Under the pieces are notes generated by a model. That model was not told the origin of the DNA. It saw nothing but the letters and a program-made list of their open reading frames with translations, and made no database searches. From an uncultured Subdoligranulum sp. (lineage in GTDB: Bacteria; Bacillota; Clostridia; Oscillospirales; Ruminococcaceae), in NCBI RefSeq assembly GCF_900545545.1, contig NZ_UQZO01000012.1: a stretch of DNA of 64,000 nucleotides; one strand, 5' to 3'. Shown one piece after another: positions 1 to 9,126 of the stretch. Made by a program: the position numbers and the translations under genes. Each line of letters starts with the position of its first letter. Position 1 is the stretch's first letter.

Positions 1-828
1 GCCACCATCCTGTTTTTCATCTTTATGGTCATCCCCACGCTCAACGTATTCCGCATGTCGCTGTTTGAGCGCGGCGCTTACTCCCCCACCGAGACCTTCG
101 TGGGGCTGGCCAACTTCCAGCAGTTGTTCAAGGATACCCAGTTTATCCGTTCGATGCAGAACATGATCCTGCTGGTGGTGGTCGTTACCATCGTCACCTT
201 TGCCTTCGCTTTGGTCTTTGCCGGTATCCTGACCCGTGAAAAGATCAAAGGCCAGAACTTCTTCCGTGTGGTGTTCTACATCCCCAACATCCTCTCCGTC
301 GTTGTCATTGCCGGTATCTTCTCGGCCATCTACAAGCCCGAGAACGGCATGCTCAACAGCATCCTGGGGCTGTTCGGCAAGGATCCCGTCCTGTGGAAGG
401 GCGAAACCATGGTCATCCCCTCGCTGATCATCGCCATGGTCTGGCAGGCCATCGGTTACTACATGGTCATGTACATGGCGTCCATGTCCGCGGTGCCCGA
501 GAGCCTGTATGAGAGCGCCAACCTGGACGGCGCCGGCCGCGTGACCCAGTTCTTCCAGATCACCATCCCGCTGATCTGGACCAACATCCGCACCACGCTG
601 ACCTTCTTCATCATCTCCACCATCAACATGGCGTTCCTGTTCGTCAAGGCGATGACCAGCGGCGGCCCCAACGGTGCCTCCGACGTTGCCCTGAACTACA
701 TGTACAGCCAGAAAGACGCCGGCCTGTACGGCTACAGCATGGCCATCGGCGTTGTGATCTTCCTGTTCTCCTTCGCGCTGTCGGCCGTCGTCAACAAAGT
801 CACCGACCGCGAGCCGCTGGAATTTTAA
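1..828 (+). CDS. Carbohydrate ABC transporter permease (MalF-like), 5'-truncated by window edge
   Basis: Frame is open from base 1. Multiple TM segments and an EAA-like motif (ESLYESANLDGAGRVTQFFQITIP). Confidence 0.93.
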   Translation, partial: ATILFFIFMVIPTLNVFRMSLFERGAYSPTETFVGLANFQQLFKDTQFIRSMQNMILLVVVVTIVTFAFALVFAGILTREKIKGQNFFRVVFYIPNILSVVVIAGIFSAIYKPENGMLNSILGLFGKDPVLWKGETMVIPSLIIAMVWQAIGYYMVMYMASMSAVPESLYESANLDGAGRVTQFFQITIPLIWTNIRTTLTFFIISTINMAFLFVKAMTSGGPNGASDVALNYMYSQKDAGLYGYSMAIGVVIFLFSFALSAVVNKVTDREPLEF

Positions 829-840
829 GGAGGGGCTACC

Positions 841-1731
841 ATGCAAGAAAAGAAATCTTCCCGTTCGGGAGAAGGGCTGTATAAGGCGTTCATCTACCTG
901 GTCCTGGCACTGCTGGCCGTCAGCATTCTGGTTCCGGTGGCCTGGGTATTCATGGCGTCCATCAAACAGAACTCGGAATTTTACGGCAACCCCTGGGCGC
1001 TGCCCGCGGGCTTCTACTGGCAGAACTTCGTGGACGCCTGGAACGGCGCCAAGATGGGTTCCTACATGCTCAACTCGGTCATCGTCACGGCGCTGGCCCT
1101 GGTGCTTTTGCTCATCATTGCGTTGCCCGCCGCCTACTGCCTGGCACGCTTCAAGTTTGTGGGCCAGAAGCTGCTGCACACCCTGTTCATGGCGGGGCTC
1201 TTCATCAACGTGAACTACATCGTCGTGCCCATCTTCCTGATGCTGCGCGACGGCGACAACTGGCTGAAGAACCTGACCGGCACGAGCTTTTTGCTGAACA
1301 ACCTCTTTGTGCTGGCCGTCGTCTACGCCGCCACGGCACTGCCCTTCACCATCTATCTGCTTTCGGGCTATTTTGCCACGCTGGCCCATGACTACGAGGA
1401 AGCCGCCTACATCGACGGCGCCGGCTACGGCACCACGATGGTGCGCATCATCTTCCCCATGGCGAAACCCAGCATCATTACCATCATTCTGTTCAATTTC
1501 CTCTCGTTCTGGAACGAGTACATCATCTCGATGACGTTGATGAGCTCCACCAGCGCACCGCGCACCCTGCCCGTCGGCCTGCTGAACCTGATGCAGGCCC
1601 AGCAGAGCGCCGCCCAGTACGGCACCATGTATGCCGGTCTGGTGCTGGTCATGCTGCCGACGCTCATCCTCTACATCTGCGTGCAGAAACAGCTGACCCA
1701 GGGCATGACCGTGGGCGGCCTGAAAGGCTAA
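841..1731 (+). CDS. Carbohydrate ABC transporter permease (MalG-like)
   Basis: RBS AAGGAGG. EAA motif YEEAAYIDGAG and FWNEY...TLPVGL typical of CUT1 permeases. Confidence 0.95.
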   Translation: MQEKKSSRSGEGLYKAFIYLVLALLAVSILVPVAWVFMASIKQNSEFYGNPWALPAGFYWQNFVDAWNGAKMGSYMLNSVIVTALALVLLLIIALPAAYCLARFKFVGQKLLHTLFMAGLFINVNYIVVPIFLMLRDGDNWLKNLTGTSFLLNNLFVLAVVYAATALPFTIYLLSGYFATLAHDYEEAAYIDGAGYGTTMVRIIFPMAKPSIITIILFNFLSFWNEYIISMTLMSSTSAPRTLPVGLLNLMQAQQSAAQYGTMYAGLVLVMLPTLILYICVQKQLTQGMTVGGLKG

Positions 1732-1740
1732 GGTGATCGT

Positions 1741-1947
1741 ATGGCATTTTGGAAAGAACATCCCGCCCTGCGCATCGTGCTGATTGCCGTGCTGTTCGTG
1801 CTGGCGATAACCCTGGTCATCGTCGGCTGGACCATGACCGGCGAACTGGCCGGGCTGGGCATCATGATTTTGGGCGTTGCCCTGCTGCTGGCCGCGCTGG
1901 CGATCTACAACAAGCCGTTCGAGGACGGCAAAAAGCCGAAGAAATAA
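1741..1947 (+). CDS. Small two-TM membrane protein (68 aa), function unknown
   Basis: RBS AAGGTGA, genome-like codon usage, two hydrophobic helices and a basic tail. Tightly packed in the operon. Confidence 0.8.
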   Translation: MAFWKEHPALRIVLIAVLFVLAITLVIVGWTMTGELAGLGIMILGVALLLAALAIYNKPFEDGKKPKK

Positions 1948-1963
1948 GAAAGGGAGCATCACC

Positions 1964-4135
1964 ATGCTGGATTCCAAACCCCGTGGGCGCGTTACCATCC
2001 CCACCGATATCGACGTTGTACCCGAAACCCTGCAGCTGCTCGATCGCTGGGGCGCTGACGCCATCCGCGACTGCGACGGCACCGACTTTCCCCAGGAACT
2101 GAAAGACACCGGCGCCAAGGTCTATGCCACCTACTATACTACCCGCAAGGATAACGCCTGGGCCAAGGCCAACCCCGATGAAGTACAGCAGTGCTACATC
2201 ATGACAGCCTTCTACACCGCCGCCGAGGGCCCGCTGTCCATCCCCCTGATGAAGGGCATCAGCCCCGAGCTGATGCAGCCCAACACCCGGGACGACATCA
2301 CCCGCTGGTGGGAAGTGGTGGACCGCACCACCGGCGAGCCCATCCCTGCGGTTGCCTGGCACTATGACGAGGGCACCGGCTGCGTCATCATCGACGAACC
2401 CGCCCCCTACCACGAGTACACCGTCAGCTTTCTGGCCTACCTCATCTGGGACCCCGTACATATGTACAACGCCGTGGTCAACGACTGGAAGGACTTCGAG
2501 CACCAGATCACCTTTGATGTGCGCCAGCCGAAAACGCACAAGTATTCCATGGAGCGGCTGCGGAAGTTCATCACCGAGCACCCCTATGTGAACGTCATCC
2601 GCTACACCACCTTCTTCCATCAGTTCACCCTGATGTTCGACGAACTGAAGCGGGAAAAGTACGTGGACTGGTACGGCTACTCCGCCAGCGTCAGCCCCTA
2701 CATCCTCAAGCAGTTTGAGGAGGAAGTGGGCTACAAGTTCCGCCCCGAGTTCATCATCGACCAGGGCTACTACAACAACCAGTACCGCGTGCCCAGCAAG
2801 GAGTACAAGGACTTCCAGGCCTTCCAGCGCCGGGAGGTGGCGAAGCTCGTGCGGGAGATGACCGACATCACCCACGAGTACGGCAAGGAAGCCATGATGT
2901 TCCTGGGCGACCACTGGATCGGCACCGAGCCCTTCATGCCGGAGTTCCAGAACGCCGGTGTGGACGCCGTGGTAGGCAGTGTGGGCAACGGTTCCACCCT
3001 GCGCCTGATCTCCGACATCCAGGGCGTCAAGTACACCGAGGGCCGTTTCCTGCCCTACTTCTTCCCCGATACCTTCCACGAGGGCGGCGACCCCGTCCGG
3101 GAAGCCAAGGAGAACTGGGTCACCGCCCGCCGCGCCATCCTGCGCAGCCCCATCGACCGCATCGGTTACGGCGGCTACCTGAAACTGGCCTGCGAGTTCC
3201 CCGAATTCCTGGACTATGTGGAGAGCGTCTGCAACGAGTTCCGCGAACTGTACGGCAACATCAAGGGTACCACGCCCTACTGCGTCAAGACGGTGGCTGT
3301 GCTGAACAGCTGGGGCAAGATGCGCGCCTGGGGCTGCCACATGGTGCACCATGCGCTGTACCAGAAGCAGAACTACAGCTACGCGGGCGTCATCGAGGCC
3401 CTGTCCGGCGCACCGTTCGACGTGAAGTTTATCAGCTTTGACGACATCAAGGCCGATCCCCATGTGCTGGATTCCATCGACGTGCTCATCAACGTGGGCG
3501 ACGGCGACACTGCCCATACCGGCGGCAAAGTCTGGGAGGACCCGGAGATCTCCGCATCCGTCAAGGGCTTTGTGCACCGCGGCGGCGGCCTGATCGGCGT
3601 CGGCGAGCCGGGCGGCCACCAGTACCAGGGCCGGTACCTGCAGCTGGCAGCCCCCCTGGGCGTGGAGAAGGAAACAGGCTTCACCCTGAACTACGACAAA
3701 TACAACTGGGACGAGCACCGCGACCACTTCATTCTGGCCGACTGCCCCGACCACGATGTGGACTTTGGCGAGGGCAAGAAGAGCATATACGCCTTTGAGG
3801 GCACCGAGATCCTGATCCAGCGGGACAAGGAAGTGCAGATGGCCGCCCACGAGTACGGCCAGGGCCGCGGCGTCTACATCAGCGGCCTGCCCTACAGCTT
3901 TGTGAACAACCGCGTGCTCTACCGTGCCATTCTGTGGGCCGCCCATGCCGAGGGCGAGCTGCACACCTGGTTCTCCACCAACTATAACGTGGAAGTGCAC
4001 GCCTATGTAAAGAACGGCAAGTACTGTGTGGTCAACAACACCTACGAGCCGCAGGACACCACGGTCTACCGCGGCGACGGGTCCAGCTTCGATCTGCACC
4101 TGGACGCCAACGAAATCCGCTGGTACGAGATTTAA
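1964..4135 (+). CDS. lnpA: 1,3-beta-galactosyl-N-acetylhexosamine (LNB/GNB) phosphorylase, GH112
   Basis: N-terminus GRVTIPTD...WGADAIRDCDGT, plus MMFLGDHWIGTEP and EGRFLPYFFPD, match GH112. Start reset to the ATG at 1964 after AAAGGGAG. Confidence 0.95.
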   Translation: MLDSKPRGRVTIPTDIDVVPETLQLLDRWGADAIRDCDGTDFPQELKDTGAKVYATYYTTRKDNAWAKANPDEVQQCYIMTAFYTAAEGPLSIPLMKGISPELMQPNTRDDITRWWEVVDRTTGEPIPAVAWHYDEGTGCVIIDEPAPYHEYTVSFLAYLIWDPVHMYNAVVNDWKDFEHQITFDVRQPKTHKYSMERLRKFITEHPYVNVIRYTTFFHQFTLMFDELKREKYVDWYGYSASVSPYILKQFEEEVGYKFRPEFIIDQGYYNNQYRVPSKEYKDFQAFQRREVAKLVREMTDITHEYGKEAMMFLGDHWIGTEPFMPEFQNAGVDAVVGSVGNGSTLRLISDIQGVKYTEGRFLPYFFPDTFHEGGDPVREAKENWVTARRAILRSPIDRIGYGGYLKLACEFPEFLDYVESVCNEFRELYGNIKGTTPYCVKTVAVLNSWGKMRAWGCHMVHHALYQKQNYSYAGVIEALSGAPFDVKFISFDDIKADPHVLDSIDVLINVGDGDTAHTGGKVWEDPEISASVKGFVHRGGGLIGVGEPGGHQYQGRYLQLAAPLGVEKETGFTLNYDKYNWDEHRDHFILADCPDHDVDFGEGKKSIYAFEGTEILIQRDKEVQMAAHEYGQGRGVYISGLPYSFVNNRVLYRAILWAAHAEGELHTWFSTNYNVEVHAYVKNGKYCVVNNTYEPQDTTVYRGDGSSFDLHLDANEIRWYEI

Positions 4136-4147
4136 GGGGGATTTTGC

Positions 4148-5254
4148 ATGGAATACCGTTTTGACCATTCCGATGTGCTGGCCGCCTGGAACTGGGGCGG
4201 CGAAGTGGCGGGTGCCCTGCCCTACGGCGAGGGGCACATCAACGCCACCCACTGCATCTATGTGCAGCTGCCCGACGGTGACAGCCGCCGCTACATCCTG
4301 CAGAAGATCAACACCGCCACCTTCACCGACCCGGACGGCCTGATGGAGAATATCTGCGGCGTGACCGAGTACCTGCGCAAGCAGGCAGCCGAGCAGGGCA
4401 AAGACCCCAGCCGTGTGACGCTGCAGGTCATTCCCACCGTGGAGGGCAAGCCCTACTACCGTGACGCCGAGGGCGGCTGCTGGCGGGTATACACCTTTGT
4501 GGAGGATACCGTCTGCCTGCAGCAGGTCAAAACCCCCGAGGACTTCTACCAGAGTGCGGTGGCCTTCGGCAACTTCCAGAAGCAGCTGGCCGGCTACCCC
4601 GCCGCTACCCTGCACGAGACGATCCCCCATTTCCATGACACGCCCCGCCGCTTTGAGAACTTCGAGAAGGCGCTGGCCGCCGATGTGATGGGCCGTGCCA
4701 AGGATGTGGCCGCCGAGATCGAATTTGTGCGCGCCCGCAAGGCTGACTGCGCCTATATGACCGATCTGCTGGCCGCCGGCAAACTGCCGCTGCGCGTGAC
4801 CCACAACGATACCAAGCTGAACAACATCCTGTTCGACAAGGAATCCGGCGAGGGCCTCTGCGTCATCGACCTGGACACCGTCATGCCGGGCCTGGCTGCC
4901 AACGATTTCGGCGATTCCATCCGCTTCGGCGCCAACCACAGCGCCGAGGATGAGCCCGATCTTTCCAAGGTGAACTTTGCCATCGATCTGTTCGAGATCT
5001 ACACCAAAGGCTACCTGCAGGCTGCCGGGGATGCTTTCACCCCGCTGGAAAAAGAAACGCTGCCCTGGGGCGCCAAGCTCATGACGCTGGAATGCGGCAT
5101 CCGCTTCCTGACCGACTATCTGGAGGGCGACCACTACTTCCACACCACCCGTCCGGGCCAGAACCTGGACCGTGCCCGCACCCAGTTCAAGCTGGTGCAG
5201 GATATGGAAGGCTGCTGGGACGAAATGGAAGCCATTGTGAAAAAATACTGCTGA
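4148..5254 (+). CDS. nahK: N-acetylhexosamine 1-kinase-like phosphotransferase (APH/choline kinase fold)
   Basis: Motifs GEGHIN, RVTHNDTKLNN, VIDLDTVMPG, RFLTDYLEGDHYF. Directly downstream of lnpA. Confidence 0.85.
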   Translation: MEYRFDHSDVLAAWNWGGEVAGALPYGEGHINATHCIYVQLPDGDSRRYILQKINTATFTDPDGLMENICGVTEYLRKQAAEQGKDPSRVTLQVIPTVEGKPYYRDAEGGCWRVYTFVEDTVCLQQVKTPEDFYQSAVAFGNFQKQLAGYPAATLHETIPHFHDTPRRFENFEKALAADVMGRAKDVAAEIEFVRARKADCAYMTDLLAAGKLPLRVTHNDTKLNNILFDKESGEGLCVIDLDTVMPGLAANDFGDSIRFGANHSAEDEPDLSKVNFAIDLFEIYTKGYLQAAGDAFTPLEKETLPWGAKLMTLECGIRFLTDYLEGDHYFHTTRPGQNLDRARTQFKLVQDMEGCWDEMEAIVKKYC

Positions 5255-5277
5255 TCCTTCTTTCTCTCTCCCTACTG

Positions 5278-5325
5278 AAATCCCGCGGCGGATACCTTTT
5301 GCAAGGTCCCGCCGCGGGATTTTTA
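5278..5325. terminator. Bidirectional intrinsic terminator between nahK and tspO
   Basis: AAATCCCGCGGCGG...CCGCCGCGGGATTTTT stem between convergent genes. Confidence 0.75.
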
Positions 5326-5337
5326 TATGCTGCCGTT

Positions 5338-5799
5338 TCAGTTCAGCGCCCACACCGCATAGTTCAGGTAGCCTGCAAAGGTCACCCACAAAAGATAGGG
5401 CAGCTGCAGCCAGGCCGCCGCCCGGCTGGTGGCCGCAAAGGCCGCCATCATGGCCAGAATGGCCAACCACAGCAGCACCAGGCAGAGCAGTGCCGCAAAG
5501 TAATACCCGCCGCCGAAGAACAGCAGGCTCCAACTGAAATTCAGCGCCAGCTGCAAGGCCCACAGCACCACGGCCTGGGCCACTTCCGGCCCGCCCTTAT
5601 TCACCACCAGCGCCAGACCGATGCCCATCAGGATATACAGCACCGACCACACCACCGGGAACACCGCCCCCGGCGGCGTCAGCGCGGATTTTTCCAGCGT
5701 CGGGTAAACGGTTTCCAGCCCCGTGCGGGACAAAAAACCGGCCAGCCCGCCCACGGTCAGCGCCACGATCGGAAACAGCAAAAATCCCCATTTCTTCAT
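5338..5799 (-). CDS. tspO: TspO/MBR family tryptophan-rich sensory protein
   Basis: Motifs PPGAVFPVVWSVLY, LNFSWSLLFF, PYLLWVTFAGYLN. Start reset to MKKWG after AAAGGAG. Confidence 0.92.
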   Translation of the reverse strand: MKKWGFLLFPIVALTVGGLAGFLSRTGLETVYPTLEKSALTPPGAVFPVVWSVLYILMGIGLALVVNKGGPEVAQAVVLWALQLALNFSWSLLFFGGGYYFAALLCLVLLWLAILAMMAAFAATSRAAAWLQLPYLLWVTFAGYLNYAVWALN

Positions 5800-5894
5800 A
5801 GCGATGCGCTCCTTTCCCTGCCCCACAGTATGCAGCATGGCACACATTTGGTACCGCTATGCACAAAAAGCAGCCGCCCGAAAAGCGCAGGTGA

Positions 5895-6058
5895 CATAAG
5901 AAAACAAAGGTTCTGCAAGAACTGCGAAACATCGCAAAACCGCTGCAAAGCGGTCTATGCAAGGCAGAGGGCTGCAGCACTCCTTGGTGGAATGCAAAGC
6001 CCGATAACGCGGCAGAGGCCGCTTTGCAGACAGAGTTTTGCGACTTTGTTTTCTTATG
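5895..6058. repeat. Nested long imperfect inverted repeat (MITE/REP-like)
   Basis: CATAAGAAAACAAAG (5895-5909) pairs with CTTTGTTTTCTTATG (6044-6058). Inner arms TCGCAAAAC/GTTTTGCGA and CTGCAAAGCGG/CCGCTTTGCAG. Confidence 0.65.
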
Positions 6059-6094
6059 GAACCGCGCGGAATGGGGCAGCTGCTTTGTCTTGTA

Positions 6095-6724
6095 TCAGGA
6101 ACCGGCGATCATATCAATGCCCTTTTGCAGGGTCTCGCCGTCGATGGCGCCCTGGGCCCAGGCCGTCAGGGTACCGTCCGCTGCAATAAAGTAGGTAGTG
6201 GGCAGCGAATAGACTCTGTAGGTCATGGCGGCGTCGGCATCGGTGTCAAACAGCACCGGGAAGGTATACCCCTCCTGTTCCAGCAGGGCCTGGGCGTTTT
6301 CCTTGGTTTCCCGGCCGTTGGTCATGTTCACCATCAGGAACTGCACGTCGGTGGTCTCCTCAAATTTCTGCTGGAACTCCGGCATCTCACTCTTGCAGGG
6401 GCCGCACCAGCTGGCCCAGAAGTTCAGCACCAGCGGCTTGCCGAAATAATCCGAAAGGTTCACGGCGTTGCCGTCGGCATCATAGGCCGTGAAATCCGGC
6501 GCGATCTGGGAAGGTTCCTCAGTGGGTTCCGGGGTAGGGTCGGCGGCCGTCTCTGTGGTGGCCGGTGTCGCCTGCGGGTCAGCGGTCTCGGCAGGGACGG
6601 GGGTTTCCTCCACCGCCAGTTGGTCGGGCGCATAGCGGCTGCCCAGGGTTTTATACAGAATGCCCGCCCCGGCGATGAGCACGACGAGCAGAACCACCAG
6701 AATGATGGTCGATTTGTTGCGCAT
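6095..6724 (-). CDS. Membrane-anchored TlpA/ResA-type thioredoxin-fold disulfide reductase
   Basis: N-terminal TM, P/T/E-rich linker, NFWASWCGPCK motif and cis-Pro loop SLPTTYFI. Confidence 0.93.
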   Translation of the reverse strand: MRNKSTIILVVLLVVLIAGAGILYKTLGSRYAPDQLAVEETPVPAETADPQATPATTETAADPTPEPTEEPSQIAPDFTAYDADGNAVNLSDYFGKPLVLNFWASWCGPCKSEMPEFQQKFEETTDVQFLMVNMTNGRETKENAQALLEQEGYTFPVLFDTDADAAMTYRVYSLPTTYFIAADGTLTAWAQGAIDGETLQKGIDMIAGS

Positions 6725-6734
6725 AGTTTCCTCC

Positions 6735-7397
6735 TTAGCTCAGCAGGTTCAGAAAACGTCCCATCAGGCCGGTGGCCATCAGAACGCCGACGACGATGAG
6801 AAAGCCGCCGCTGACTGCATTGATGATGTTGTAGTGCCGCTTGATCCAGTCGAAGGCCGTTTTCAGCCGGTCGATGAGGACGGCGCTGAGCACAAAGGGC
6901 ACCCCCAGGCCCAGAGAGTAGACGAAGAGCATGAGCATGCCTTCCAGCACATGGCCCTGCTGGGAGGCCAGCACCAGCGCCGAGCCGAGGAAGGCCCCCA
7001 CGCAGGGGGTCCACCCCACCGAGAAGATGACGCCGAACACCAGCGCCGAGAAGAAGTTCATATTATCGGCCCGGACGGTGTGGTTGCTGCCCTTGAACAG
7101 CGTGAGTTTGATGACGCCCAGGAAGTTGAGGCCAAAAAAGATGACGATGAGGCCGGAGATCACATTGACGGCGGTCTGGTAGTGCTGCAAGAAGCTGCCC
7201 ACGGTACCGACCAACGCCCCCATGAGCACAAACACCACCGTGAAGCCGGTGACAAAGCCAAAGGCGCCGGTGAGGGTCTTGCGGGTGGAATGTTCCCCGC
7301 CGCCTGCAAAGTAGGAGATGTAGACGGGCAGCATGGGCAAAAGACAGGGGGAGACAAAGGTGATGATACCTTCAAGAAAGGAAATCAGATATTGCAT
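6735..7397 (-). CDS. ccdA: CcdA-family membrane electron transporter (DsbD TM domain)
   Basis: SPCLLPMLP and GWTPCVG Cys motifs, six TM segments, RBS AGGAG 8 nt before the ATG at 7397. Confidence 0.93.
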   Translation of the reverse strand: MQYLISFLEGIITFVSPCLLPMLPVYISYFAGGGEHSTRKTLTGAFGFVTGFTVVFVLMGALVGTVGSFLQHYQTAVNVISGLIVIFFGLNFLGVIKLTLFKGSNHTVRADNMNFFSALVFGVIFSVGWTPCVGAFLGSALVLASQQGHVLEGMLMLFVYSLGLGVPFVLSAVLIDRLKTAFDWIKRHYNIINAVSGGFLIVVGVLMATGLMGRFLNLLS

Positions 7398-7596
7398 CGG
7401 CAAAACTCCTGTGGATTGTTTTGTTTTATTCTAACGGTACGCCCCGCTCCCTTCCGTGACAAGGTCACGCTGCGGGGCCACGCGCTTTATCCTACCATAA
7501 ACCGGCGTGGTTGTGCAACGGGAAATCTGCCGGGCGGGCTGGGCGGCGGGCAACACCTGTGCTATACTATAGAAAAAGCGCAAGGGGGATTTTTCC

Positions 7597-8544
7597 ATGC
7601 TGGAAGTTTTGTTCAGTGAAAGCGCCGCGGGGAGCCTGAAGATGGCCATGAGCCACCACTCGGTCATGGGCGGCTGCATCGGCATCATTGGCACCCACGA
7701 GGACGGTTCGCCATTCTCTGCAGAGGAAACCGCGCATCTGCAGCAGGAACACGAGGAACAGGAGCGCCGCCGCTGGGCCCAGGCGGTACCGCTGCAGGGC
7801 GACACGCGGGACATCCTGCCCTTCCCTCTCTGGCTGAGCATCGGCCCCATTGACGAGGAGGGCATCGGTCCCATGCGGGAAACCACGCTGGAGCAGCTGC
7901 TTTCCATCTATCCTCAGGGGCGGCAGACGGTGACCGAAATCCTGGCCTCCACCCGCCAAAGGCTGGCCACCCTGCTGAGCCGGGCAGCCCACGAGCCGGT
8001 GCGCCTCTGGGTGGACCACACCCCCGACGCCGCCTGCGGGCTGCGCTGGGTACTGGACCAGCTGCGCCCCCTGGGCTTTGAGAATCTGGATCTGCAAGTG
8101 GTGGAACTGCCCGCCCTGGCGCCCCATGAAGGCGGCGGGCTGGTTTTGTGCAATCTGGGGGAACTGCACCCCAGTGAATGGGGCCGTCTGGCCCAGACCG
8201 CCCGCCCCCTGCCCGCCGATCAGGCTGCCGCCCTGGCGGTGCAATGGCAGCAGCTGAAAGCCCAGGATGCCCCGCTGCGGGCGGTGCTCAACGGCGTGCT
8301 GGTCAGTGCCGCCGAGGACCTGTATGACCCTTACCTGCGGCGGGTGCTGGACGATCTGGAGAACACCTTCCAGGAAGCAGCCCTCATCGGCCGGACGCTG
8401 GCGCAGTTCCCGCTGGGGTTCGGCGATGCCTGGCTGGCCATGCGGGTGGAGCAGTGGATCGCCGACGGCAAACTGGCCGCGGTGACAAAGCCGGACGCGG
8501 ACAGCCCTGCTTACCACCGGACGCTGCGAAAAACGGAGGATTGA
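7597..8544 (+). CDS. Conserved hypothetical protein (DUF1835/DUF3658-like)
   Basis: Motifs FSESAAGSLK, LSIGPI, W..LKAQDAPLR and D.WL..R recalled from this family. RBS GGGGGA. Confidence 0.65.
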   Translation: MLEVLFSESAAGSLKMAMSHHSVMGGCIGIIGTHEDGSPFSAEETAHLQQEHEEQERRRWAQAVPLQGDTRDILPFPLWLSIGPIDEEGIGPMRETTLEQLLSIYPQGRQTVTEILASTRQRLATLLSRAAHEPVRLWVDHTPDAACGLRWVLDQLRPLGFENLDLQVVELPALAPHEGGGLVLCNLGELHPSEWGRLAQTARPLPADQAAALAVQWQQLKAQDAPLRAVLNGVLVSAAEDLYDPYLRRVLDDLENTFQEAALIGRTLAQFPLGFGDAWLAMRVEQWIADGKLAAVTKPDADSPAYHRTLRKTED

Positions 8545-8547
8545 CAA

Positions 8548-9000
8548 ATGCTTTTGCGACCTTACACGCCCGCCGATCTGGACGAGCTGCTGACCTTATT
8601 TTATGAGACGGTGCACACCGTCAACGCCCGGGACTACACCCCGCCCCAGCTGGATGCCTGGGCCCCCCGGGAGGTGGACCGGGCGCGGTGGGACAGCACG
8701 CTGCAAGCCCACACCAGCCTGGTGGCGGTGGAAGCCGGGCAGATCATCGGCTTTGGGGATATCGACAGCACCGGGTATCTGGACCGGCTGTACGTCCACA
8801 AGGACCACCAGCGCCAGGGGGTAGCCACCGCCCTGTGCGATGCGCTGGAGGCCGCCGTGGCCGCGCCGGTGCTGACCACCCACGCTTCCATCACGGCCCG
8901 GCCCTTCTTCATCCGGCGGGGGTACACGGTGGTACACGCCCAGCAGGTGGAGCGCTTTGGCGTGGTGATGACCAATTACGTGATGAAAAAACAGCGCTGA
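8548..9000 (+). CDS. GNAT family N-acetyltransferase (YafP-like)
   Basis: LYVHKDHQRQGVA acetyl-CoA motif and HASITARPFF. Confidence 0.9.
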   Translation: MLLRPYTPADLDELLTLFYETVHTVNARDYTPPQLDAWAPREVDRARWDSTLQAHTSLVAVEAGQIIGFGDIDSTGYLDRLYVHKDHQRQGVATALCDALEAAVAAPVLTTHASITARPFFIRRGYTVVHAQQVERFGVVMTNYVMKKQR

Positions 9001-9012
9001 ATCAGCAAAGAA

Positions 9013-9048
9013 AAGTACCTGGAGGAAAATTTCTCCAGGTATTTTTTG
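9013..9048 (+). terminator. Intrinsic terminator
   Basis: TACCTGGAG/CTCCAGGTA stem followed by T6. Confidence 0.7.
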
Positions 9049-9126
9049 TTATATTGCAAAAATACAGGGTTGCCGTTCGTTAGTATAAGCAAAGGATGTT
9101 ATCCCTTCTGACCAAGGAGGTTCCCT

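Noticed and set aside
1862..5563. 1233-aa minus-strand ORF
   Set aside because: Antisense shadow of lnpA and nahK caused by GC-rich codon bias, with no recognisable motifs.
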